A DNA stretch of 64,000 nucleotides, taken from contig OZ024741.1 in assembly GCA_964016885.1 (NCBI GenBank), positions 145,018,001 to 145,082,000 on the forward strand. The letters are read 5' to 3'. This DNA comes from Eledone cirrhosa (Eukaryota). This document shows positions 38,078 through 47,740 of this stretch, piece by piece (position 1 is the first letter of the stretch; each line of letters begins with the position of its first letter). The position numbers and the translations under genes are program-made. The notes under the pieces are model-generated. The model saw only the letters and a list, made by a program, of their open reading frames with translations, was not told the origin of the DNA and made no database searches.

Positions 38078-41000
38078 TCAGCATGTACCCATGGGAGGTC
38101 GGGTACCCTGTATTACTGCGTGACGCCAGAAGTCACGGTCGTGTGTCATTGACTTTGAGAGGTGTAGTTGGGTAAGGTCGGCTTTTATCACCTCATCCCA
38201 AGTCATCTTGGGTCTCCCCACTCCGCGGTTTCCATCAACTTCTAGTGCTCTGCACCTTTTTATGCAGCTGTCATCCTTCATACGCATCACATGTCCATAC
38301 CAGCGTAACCGCCTCTCCTGCACGCAGCATTTGATTCCTCTTATGCTCAGTCTCTCTCTCAATTCATTTATGCTTTGTCGTTCACGTATATTACTGTTAC
38401 ACATCCATAGGAGCATGCAGGCTTCGTTTCTCTCTAATCTACGTAAGTCTTCCACCTTCAGCGCCCAGGTCTCACTACCATGCAACATCGCTGTTCGGAT
38501 ACACGCATCATACAGTCTGCCTTTCATTCTGAGGGAGAAGCCTTTTGCAGCTAGCAGTGGTAGTAGTTCCCTAAACTTCTTCCATCCCGTTCTTACCCTA
38601 GTTATTGTACTTTCTGAGCACCCACCTCCGTTGCTAATTCGGTCACCTAGGTAGCAGAAGCTGTCTACTGTTTCTACAGGGCCCTCCCAGAGATTGGTGG
38701 TACTTGTTTCCTGTGGCTGTTTGCTTGCTGTTTCAGCACAGCTGCTGCATGTGAATCCTACATTCTTAATTAAGCTTCCTGAGATCCCGCTACATCTCTT
38801 GTGTACCCATTGTTTGCATTTGGGGCAGAGAATGGAGTTCCTACCTACACCTTTCCTACATACTGAGCAAGGCCATTTCCCTGAGGGGATCTGGGTTCTG
38901 TTTTCTCGTCTACTTATAAGGACCTTAGTCTTTGTCATGTTGACTTTGAGGCCCTTTCTCTCTAGTCCCTGCTTCCAGGTTTGGAATTTATTCTCTAGTT
39001 CTACCATAGATTCAGCTATGAGTGCGAGGTCATCAGCATACAGGAGTTCCCATGGGCATCCGGTCTTAAACTCCTCCGTTATTGCCTGCAGGACTATGAT
39101 GAACAGGAGAGGGCTAAGAACAGAGCCCTGGTGGACCCCAACCTGTACGCTAAATTCCTCGCTATACTCATTGCCAATCCTAACTTTGCTGACTGCTCCC
39201 CTATACATGGCTTGTACCGCTTTCACAAGCCATTCATCTACTCCTAGTTTTCTAAGAGCCCACCAGATTACTGCACGTGGAACTCTGTCAAAGGCTTTCT
39301 CAAGGTCGACAAATGCCAAGTAGAGTGGCTTACTTTTAGCTAGGTACTTTTCCTGTAATTGCCTCACAAGGAAGAGCGCATCAGTGGTGCCTTTCCCTGG
39401 AACAAACCCAAATTGCATCTCGTCTATATTCACCCGGTCCCTAATTAGCTGTGCTATAACTCTTTCTGTTACTTTCATGACCTGGTCCATCAACTTTATA
39501 CCTCTATAGTTTCCTCTATCTAGTGCATCGCCTTTACCTTTGTAGCAGTTGACAATGATGCTACTGCACCAATCTTTTGGTATGGCCCCCTCTAGTATTA
39601 CCTGGTTAACGATACGTGTGGTTATAGTGTGACCTACAGACCCAGATGCCTTCAGCATCTCGGCAGCTATACCCGATGGACCGGTTGCCTTCCCTATCTT
39701 CATATCTCTGATTGCCTTACTTACTACGCTGCCGCTGACTTGTACTGCTGGTCCCTCTATAGGGTCTACGTGGGGTAGGGTCTCTTCTTCCCATGCATTC
39801 TCCTCATTTAGTAATCTATCATAATGACTCTTCCATGCATCTTTCTTCTCAGCACTTGTGAGGGCAAGCTCACCTTTATCATTCCGGATACACTTCTCTC
39901 CAATGACATCACAACTATCTCTGACACACTGCCTCGCAATCTTGAATACCTCCTGTTTCTGGTCCTCACGTTGTAAAACATGCTTGAATTTTCTATCCTC
40001 TGCTTCCCTCCTAGCTAAGTATACTTGTCGCCTAGCTTCCCTCTTGGTCTCTATGTAATGTACCCTGCTCCCCCCGTTCTTCCATTCTTTCCATGCCTGT
40101 CTCTTGGCCTTGACTGCTTCATCTACCTTATTGTTCCACCACCAAGTCACTCTCCTCCTGCTTGAGGTCTTACTCCAGCCACAAACCTTATCCGTCGCCT
40201 CTAGTAAGTTATTCTTTAGGAACTCCCAGTTCTCTTCTACGTTAAATGTCTCTATCTGTTCTTCTTTACTGTCGTAGGCGTTGAGTAAAATATCTTTAAA
40301 TCTGTTACTGGTTGAGGGGACTTTCAGCTTCCAGATCTTTCTTCTCCAGGTTGGCCTCTGTTTCAGGGCTCGTCTAGTTCTGACCGTGAGGTCGCTGACA
40401 ACTAAGCTATGTTGGGATGTACATTCCTCACTAGGGAAGGCTTTTGTGTTTACGACCGTCCATCTGTCACGTCCTCTGATGAGGATAAAATCTAACTGAC
40501 TAGAGTGCTCCCCTGATCTATAGGTGATCAGGTGGTTGTCGGGTTTTTTAAAGTTTGTGTTACATATCGACATGTCATTGGCGTCGCAGAATTCTAGAAG
40601 TCTGAATCCTTCCTCATTCCTTGTGCCAACTCCATGGCCTCCATGTACTCTATTGAAGCCGTCGCAGTGTTTACCTACGTGTCCGTTAAAATCTCCTGCA
40701 ATGATTAGGAAGTCCTTGTCGTCTGTTAGAGCAGTAGTGTGTATTAGGGACTCGTAAAACCTATCCTTAAGTTCGTCTGGCAGCCCCGATTGGGGTGCGT
40801 AAGCTGATATTATTGTGGTAATTGTCTTATTCAGGACTAGTCTGAGTTTAATGATTCTTGCATTTACCCTGTACACTGAGATTACTTTATCTACCCACTT
40901 GTCAGCTAATAGTATACCTACACCACCCATCCCATCGTCATTTCCCACCCAGAAAAATTTGTAGCACTGGCTTTTTCCTACAAGGACTCTAGCAGACCCT

Positions 41001-41197
41001 CCTCTCCATCTAGTCTCTTGCACACAGCATACATCAACTTCCTTTCGCTCTAGCATTTCTACGATTTCTCCTGCTCTTCCTTTCATTGAGCCTACATTGA
41101 TGGTACCAACTCGGAGTTTTGGGCATTTGTCGACACTCGTAGGGGAGGGTCTCTGGGTTGGCGCTTCACGTGGGTGCTTGGTAGCTCGCAGATTCAT
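38078..41197 (-). CDS. RTE ORF: APE endonuclease plus reverse transcriptase with internal PHD finger (1039 aa)
   Basis: APE: INVG, QETR, GDFNGH, LDFI, SQH. RT: NYRGI, QFGF, DLEKAFD, QGSVLSP, YADD, GLKVN..KT, CYLG. C4HC3 at ~38738-38875. Confidence 0.97.
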   Translation of the reverse strand: MNLRATKHPREAPTQRPSPTSVDKCPKLRVGTINVGSMKGRAGEIVEMLERKEVDVCCVQETRWRGGSARVLVGKSQCYKFFWVGNDDGMGGVGILLADKWVDKVISVYRVNARIIKLRLVLNKTITTIISAYAPQSGLPDELKDRFYESLIHTTALTDDKDFLIIAGDFNGHVGKHCDGFNRVHGGHGVGTRNEEGFRLLEFCDANDMSICNTNFKKPDNHLITYRSGEHSSQLDFILIRGRDRWTVVNTKAFPSEECTSQHSLVVSDLTVRTRRALKQRPTWRRKIWKLKVPSTSNRFKDILLNAYDSKEEQIETFNVEENWEFLKNNLLEATDKVCGWSKTSSRRRVTWWWNNKVDEAVKAKRQAWKEWKNGGSRVHYIETKREARRQVYLARREAEDRKFKHVLQREDQKQEVFKIARQCVRDSCDVIGEKCIRNDKGELALTSAEKKDAWKSHYDRLLNEENAWEEETLPHVDPIEGPAVQVSGSVVSKAIRDMKIGKATGPSGIAAEMLKASGSVGHTITTRIVNQVILEGAIPKDWCSSIIVNCYKGKGDALDRGNYRGIKLMDQVMKVTERVIAQLIRDRVNIDEMQFGFVPGKGTTDALFLVRQLQEKYLAKSKPLYLAFVDLEKAFDRVPRAVIWWALRKLGVDEWLVKAVQAMYRGAVSKVRIGNEYSEEFSVQVGVHQGSVLSPLLFIIVLQAITEEFKTGCPWELLYADDLALIAESMVELENKFQTWKQGLERKGLKVNMTKTKVLISRRENRTQIPSGKWPCSVCRKGVGRNSILCPKCKQWVHKRCSGISGSLIKNVGFTCSSCAETASKQPQETSTTNLWEGPVETVDSFCYLGDRISNGGGCSESTITRVRTGWKKFRELLPLLAAKGFSLRMKGRLYDACIRTAMLHGSETWALKVEDLRRLERNEACMLLWMCNSNIRERQSINELRERLSIRGIKCCVQERRLRWYGHVMRMKDDSCIKRCRALEVDGNRGVGRPKMTWDEVIKADLTQLHLSKSMTHDRDFWRHAVIQGTRPPMGTC

Positions 41198-41511
41198 ATT
41201 TCATCTATTGATTCAGAGTTGCTCGTGTATTCCCAGCTCATCCATCCCTAACGGTGGGAAAATTGAGGGCTAGAAGGACAGTGGTGGTGGGGTAATGGCA
41301 GGGTGTGTTGGGATGCGCCAGAGGAGGAGAGAGTTAGTTAGGCAGGTAGTAGCAGCAGCAGCAGTGGAAATGGCATGCTAGGTTTGATTGGTCGAATAGA
41401 CTATGGTGGTGTGTGGGGGTGGGGGGGAGGGAAATTGTGAGGTAGGAACTGAGGGTCGCATGGTAAATATCCAAGTTAATACTACATCAGTAAAATTAAC
41501 AATAATAACGT

Positions 41512-42452
41512 CATGAAAAAAGCTACTAAGAGAAACCCTCGAAAATTTATCGCTAATACAGCAGGGAAAATTTAACGCTAATACAGCAGGGAACATCATA
41601 ATATTAACGACATGAAAAAGCTACTAAGAGAAACCCTCGAAAATTTATCGCTAATACAGCAGGGAAAATTTAACGCTAATACAGCAGGGAACATCATAAT
41701 ATTAACGACAATATGTAGGCTAAAATACCTTCGTAGATTAGGTGGATGGCTGGCTGGGAAAATTTGAATCAGCTCAGTGGTACATTTTAGCAGAGAAGAA
41801 TGGCAAAGTGTCTTATCTCTTCAATATTTTCAGATTGAATGAATTAGGTTAAAGACAGGGTAGTAAGCCTTAAAGAAGTGCATAGGGGGGGGGGGGGGGG
41901 GGTAGGAACTGAGGGTCGCATGGTAAATAACTGAGAGAGATACAATAGGATTAGAATACCGCATGGTAAATATCCAAGTTAATAAGTTAATACTACATCA
42001 GTAAAATTAACAATAATAACGTCATGAAAAAAGCTACTAAGAGAAACCCTCGAAAATTTATCGCTAATACAGCAGGGAAAATTTAACGCTAATACAGCAG
42101 GGAACATCATAATATTAACGACATGAAAAAGCTACTAAGAGAAACCCTCGAAAATTTATCGCTAATACAGCAGGGAAAATTTAACGCTAATACAGCAGGG
42201 AACATCATAATATTAACGACATGAAAAAGCTACTAAGAGAAACCCTCGAAAATTTATCGCTAATACAGCAGGGAAAATTTAACGCTAATACAGCAGGGAA
42301 CATCATAATATTAACGACATGAAAAAGCTACTAAGAGAAACCCTCGAAAATTTATCGCTAATACAGCAGGGAAAATTTAACGCTAATACAGCAGGGAACA
42401 TCATAATATTAACGACATGAAAAAGCTACTAAGAGAAACCCTCGAAAATTTA
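41512..42452. repeat. 98-bp tandem monomer arrays (2 units plus ~4.4 units)
   Basis: Unit CATGAAAAAGCTACTAAGAGAAACCCTCG...ATATTAACGA starts at 41512, 41611, 42023, 42122, 42220, 42318 and 42416. Confidence 0.95.
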
Positions 42453-42717
42453 TATAGTAATAATTGTTTCTACTTTTGGCACAAGGCCAGCAATTACTCA
42501 GTACATAACTGGTACTTTATTTTATCGACCCCGTAAGGATGAAAGGCAAAGTTAACCTCAGCGGGATTTGAACTCAGATCGTAAAGGGATCTGAGTTCAA
42601 ATCCCGCTGAGGTTAACTTTGCCTTTCATCCTTACGGGGTCGATAAAATAAAGTACCAGTTATGTACTGGGTAATTGCTGGCCTTGTGCCAAAAGTAGAA
42701 ACAATTATTACTATATA
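42451..42717. repeat. 130-bp-arm palindrome made of two inverted SINE halves
   Basis: Arms 42451-42580 and 42588-42717, 7-nt loop, one visible mismatch. Confidence 0.95.
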
Positions 42718-43067
42718 TATAGTAATAATAATAATAAATGTGAAGATTAAAATCCAAAGAGGGCTCGACAAGGATAATATATATCTGTGTGTGTGTATCA
42801 ACAATTATTTGTTCTATACTCCCTAAAAAGGTTAAAACTAGCTGATGTTTCTAGTAATGCCATTAGTTGCCAATTGTTCATCTTCCCTTTTGAAATCATC
42901 AGTGGTTGCAGTCACTTGAAATTTTCTCTTGGTATGAGAAAGTTCCCTGAAAAGCCGTATTTCTCCCAGCTGATATACTAAATTATTGGTTTTCATGGCT
43001 AAACTGCAGTCGGAACCAAAAAAGAATTTAGGTAATTTTTTTATATTATTTGATTTACCTATTCATG

Positions 43068-43122
<55 letters not shown>

Positions 43123-43199
43123 CATCATCATCATCATCATCATCTGTGTATATGTATATGTATATGTACATGTATATGTATATTTATATACACTGAAAA

Positions 43200-44775
43200 T
43201 AATCAATCTCTTACAAAAATTGTTTCCACACATACAGAAACATATATTAAGCAAATGGTTAAAATTTGCACTAACTCCTCAAAAAGCAAATATACCAATA
43301 ATTATAATACTTCAGACTTCTGCCGAAGACTTAGACTAGCAAAACAATTTCCTGAAGAAGAAAACAATGATGAATCTTTAATTAAAAAAGAAACAAAACA
43401 AATATCAACCCCAAAATGGCAGGAATACAGACGAATTTCGTGATTACATCTAAAATTTTCCTTATTGACAAAGTGAAAACGAGACAAAGTTTACATTGAA
43501 GTAATCTCAACATCTTAATGAAACTTGAGATAAGTTTAGAAGAGATATTTAAATAATTTTTTTAATTATTGGAGTTCTGCTTTATTTTGCTAATACTTAC
43601 ATTTAATGTTCAGAAATAATGATAAATATAGTTAAATTATTGCATCATCGCCAAATTGCATGATGATTTAAGAACATTTATTAAACTATAACTAATTATT
43701 ACAAAAGTGAGAAATTTGTGGAAATGAAGAAATGAGCAAGTAGAGGAAGCAATAACTAAGAAAATTGCTACAATGCTGAAACTAGATCCAGATCATCTTC
43801 AAACACAAAAGGATACAAAAAATAAACAGTGAGTTGACAACAAAAGATGATGATCTTGGTTACTTAGTTTGTGAAAGAAAGGAAAACCCTATTACTTCAA
43901 CAAACTGTCAAAAGCTTAAAATATTGACATTACCCCTAAACCACGGTCACTAAGGTATTCATACAGTCAAAGAATTTGTGGTATCCATAGACATCATGTG
44001 CAAGGCCATGACAGTTGGGGAACAAAGAGAAATATTAGCTATGCCAGATCTTACTGTTGGAAAGTGATTGAGAAATTAAATAAACACTTGTGGAAGAGTT
44101 TTATTGTAATGATGAATACTTACAGCTAATGCCATGTAACTTTGAAGAACTATATTAAAAACCTATCCATACATTGGCAAAATATCCCAATGTATGGATA
44201 CGTTTTTTTAAAATTTGTATCACTGTGGCTGAAGTGGTGCATCATCGCAGGAGCACTTGATACACACTTCAAATCTGGACAAAAATTATGATTGACATGA
44301 TTGTTTGAGATTGCAACAATAGTATTTCTATGATTCCTTATTGTACATCTTCTCCTGGAGTAGCAGTTGTAGATACATATTTTTAAGGAGAATATTTTTA
44401 ATAGTATCAACAAAATCCATTAGTTTTTGGATGGTTGTGTTGCTCAGTACAAGAACTATAAACATTTTCTTAATATATGTAACCACTTTGAAGATTTTAA
44501 AATCAAATGCATGTGGAATATTTTTGCTACAAGACAAGGGATGTCTGTTTGTGATGGAATCAGTGGCACTACAAAATGAATAACAGCAAAAGCTAGTTTA
44601 CAATATGTATCAAGTGATAAAATCCTCTCAACATTAGATATGTTCCAGTTTTGCCAACAAAACATAAATGGCATTAACTTCATGTTTGTAAACAGAGATG
44701 TCATGAAAGGTGTGAGGTTGTCTATAGGAAAATGGTCATGAATCTTGGGTAATGGCCAAAAGAATATGATCACGA
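43200..44775 (+). pseudogene. Decayed DNA transposase, Sola-like
   Basis: DGC.AQYKNYKHFLNICNHFEDFKIKCMWNIFAT...CDGISGT at ~44430-44570. Confidence 0.55.
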
Positions 44776-44784
44776 ATACAAGCA

Positions 44785-45246
44785 GCTGAAATGGGGTTCT
44801 TCTGAAGGGTCTTTGGAATAAAGTTACTCACTAGAGTGCGGAGCTCAGAGATTAGAGACTCACTTCAGGCAGAGCTGCTACTTCTCTGAATTGAGAGATC
44901 ACAACTCTGATTATATGGGCATGTGTTTAGAATGTCTCAGCAAAGAATTGCCAGACAGATTTTTACAGGCAAAACCTGCCAGCTAGAGACCCAGGGGTAC
45001 ACCTCGAGTAAAACTGTTGGATAACATCCATGAGCGTGGCTGGTGTCTCTTGAGGATCCAGCTGTATAAGCTGGAAATAGTTTTTTTCTGACAAGACCTG
45101 TTTGAAGACTATACGCCCCGCAATCTCTCAGGAAGAAGAAGAAGACGAAGAAGACGAAGAAGAAGAAGAAGAAGAAGAAGAAGAAGGAGAAGAAGAAGGA
45201 GAAGAAGAAGAAGAAGAAGAAGAAGAAGAAGAAGAAGAAGAAGAAG
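44785..45246 (+). mobile_element. RTE family E 3' fragment with expanded (GAA)n tail
   Basis: Homologous to 36835-37220; (GAA)n at 45132-45246. Confidence 0.8.
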
Positions 45247-46289
45247 GTACTTAAAGTTTTCACCAATTTGTCATCACAGGATGTGAAGCTGTCTATGGTT
45301 GTTGAGTGTCTCTACGATGCACAGAAATAGATTGAATGCTGTCCTAAGTTGATAATGATCACAAAAATTCTTTTTCATGGCCAAAACATGAAAATGTATG
45401 TTAGGTGTCAATTACAAATAAAAGCACCATCTGCACAACTATATTTTCTAGATGTTTTGGGGTCAAATAATATTGTCAGTATTGGCCAATAATCAAACTG
45501 TAAGCACAATTATTCTTATGTTGAAATTTTTTTCTGTATCATGATGAAGAGATATGACTATATAGTTTTTTTTTTCTGTACATATATATATATACGTATT
45601 TGTATATAAATTTACTTATATGTTATATTGGTGTCATTGTTACTCTATTTGAAGTATCAGTATTGAACACAAAATAAGTTTACCTTGAAGCAGCAATAAT
45701 AATTTACCTTGTTTGAAACTATAGGTTAAGTAGACAATTTAAACATAAAACTTTAGTGAATTTTAATATAACTGGACATTAAATGAAAAGGTTAGTGGTA
45801 TATTAAAGTAGAAATTACTCTTTTCCATTTTTCAATACAAATCAATATCTAATGGTTAACACCTAATGGATAATGATGCTTAAGAGAACCCAAGACAATT
45901 TTTGCATGGATTAAAGTATAACTAAATATGCTTTATTTAGAATACATTGACACTTATTTCAAAATAACTAAACAATAGCTATACTTTTTGATAACATTTT
46001 TTAATTCATCACATCAAGATTGGGTTGAGTACCATATTTCAATATTATTCGATATAAAGAACTTGAGATATCAAGAAATTAGTAGATTTGTGAAAATTTA
46101 AGTTGTCCACCATAACCTTAATTTATTGGCTTCTGGCAAAATTTTGAAATATTATATTTAAGAAACAAAACATAGCTGCACATTCAAATTTTTGCAATTT
46201 TTTTATAGCTTTACTGAATCAAAAAACATTGACCAAATTTCATCAAATTACAATGACATTGGTGTTGAATGTGCATTATATAGTTACAT

Positions 46290-46478
46290 GGCGGTGGATT
46301 GGCAGTATCGGTAGAGGGGCGGACGGCATTCTTTAACGCAAAGAGTTGCGGCCCTTTCCATTCTGGGTTCAAATCCCGCCCAGGTTAACTTTGCCTTTCA
46401 TCCATACGGGGTCGATAAAATAAAGTACCAGTAATACACTGGGTATTTGCTGGCCTTGTGCCAAAAGTAGAAACAATT
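46290..46478 (+). mobile_element. tRNA-derived SINE
   Basis: A and B boxes plus the family body. Confidence 0.88.
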
Positions 46479-46559
46479 ATATAGTTACATTATAGACAAC
46501 CAGTGTGTAATTACTGGTCTTGTCCCTATGTTAAAAACCATTCTTCTTCTTATCATTAT

Positions 46560-47495
46560 TTCCATTATTATTTTTATTGCACATCATTACTGCTTTATTG
46601 AGCACAGCTCTGTATACCTTGGGTATGAGCAGTGTAGTTTTTGCTGATGTTGTTTCTATTGTATTAATAGTACTTTTCGTAATATGTGTGCAATGCCTAG
46701 TAGTGCTATCTTTTGTATGCTGTATATATTTGTAAGTCCTGGGCTACATCTACAATCAGGCATGATCTTTTTTCCTTGTCAAAAACCACCAGGTTAGGCC
46801 TATTTATTATTATTATTATTATTGTTCTTTGAGTCTCAGTCATTGATGTTATTTAACTGGAAGGTTTTTTGAAATGAATATCAAGCCACTACCTGCAGCC
46901 TCAGATATTCAGGACGTATCGGAGGGTTCTTGCTGTTCCCAGCAAGCATGCCTTTTGAAGTGTTCCAAAAAGTGGGGCTGGACTAATCTTCTTTAACAAT
47001 CCTTGGAAACTCTTTGAGATAGTACCTAGTGCACCTATGACAATCGAGACGACCTTGATTTCATGACAGTTCCAAATCCTTTTTAACTCCCACTTTAAGT
47101 CCTGGTATCGGTTAATTTTCTCCCTCTCCTTTTCTTGCACTCTCGTGTCAAATGGGCAGGCTACATCTACAATCAGGCACAATCTTTTTTCCTTGTCCCA
47201 AACCACCAGGTCAGGCCTATTGTGTTCTAATTTCTTGTCCGTCTGTATCCTAAAATTCCATAGCACCTTCACCTGATCGTTTTCTATCACTGACTCTGGC
47301 TTATGCTCATACCACTTCTCAGAATGTGGTAAATTGTTTACTTTGCATAGATGCCAGTGGATCACCCTGCCTATCACATCATGTCTCCAGGCTTTATAGA
47401 GTCTGGGCTAGGTGTTTACACTCGGATACAATGTGAGCCACAGTCTCCTCTCTCTCCACAGATCCTACACAGTGGGCTAGCCTCCTCCTTGTAAA
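46560..47495 (-). mobile_element. Two R4/Dong-like RLE LINE 3' fragments
   Basis: RHD..GRVIHW, WYEHKP, NRPDLVV...IVDVACP...KINRYQDL and LQKACLLGTAR at 46901-47377; a second, deleted copy at 46560-46800; (ATT)n flanks. Confidence 0.85.
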
Positions 47496-47518
47496 TATTA
47501 TTATTATTATTATTGAAG

Positions 47519-47705
47519 GGCGGTGGATTGGCAGTATCGGTAGAGGGTCGGACGCCATGCTTTCCAGCATAGTTACGTCCCTTTACGATCTGAGTTCAAA
47601 TCCCGCCGAGGTTGACTTTGCCTTTCATCCTTACGGGGTCGATAAAATAAAGTACCAGTAATGCACTGGGTAATTGCTGGCCTTGTGCCTAAAGTAGAAA
47701 CAATT
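47519..47705 (+). mobile_element. tRNA-derived SINE
   Basis: Full family match, between (ATT)n tracts. Confidence 0.92.
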
Positions 47706-47740
47706 ATTATTATTATTATTATTATTTGTTGTTATTATTA

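Larger units (their letters stand above)
37789..42452 (-). mobile_element. Apparently full-length RTE LINE family A
   Basis: Intact ORF, ~290-bp 3' UTR with (GAT)n tail, and a long 5' region with tandem monomers. The 5' boundary is inferred. Confidence 0.9.

Noticed and set aside
38208-40757. Plus-strand ORFs repeated in each RTE copy
   Set aside because: Antisense shadows of the RTE ORF; they recur only because the copies are near-identical.
41512-42452. CRISPR-like array
   Set aside because: Units are fully identical with no unique spacers, there are no cas genes, and the context is eukaryotic.
44937-45266. Poly-Phe ORF
   Set aside because: Antisense reading of the (GAA)n LINE tail.
47519-47610. 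tRNA gene
   Set aside because: The A/B boxes belong to a multicopy SINE head; no proper cloverleaf.
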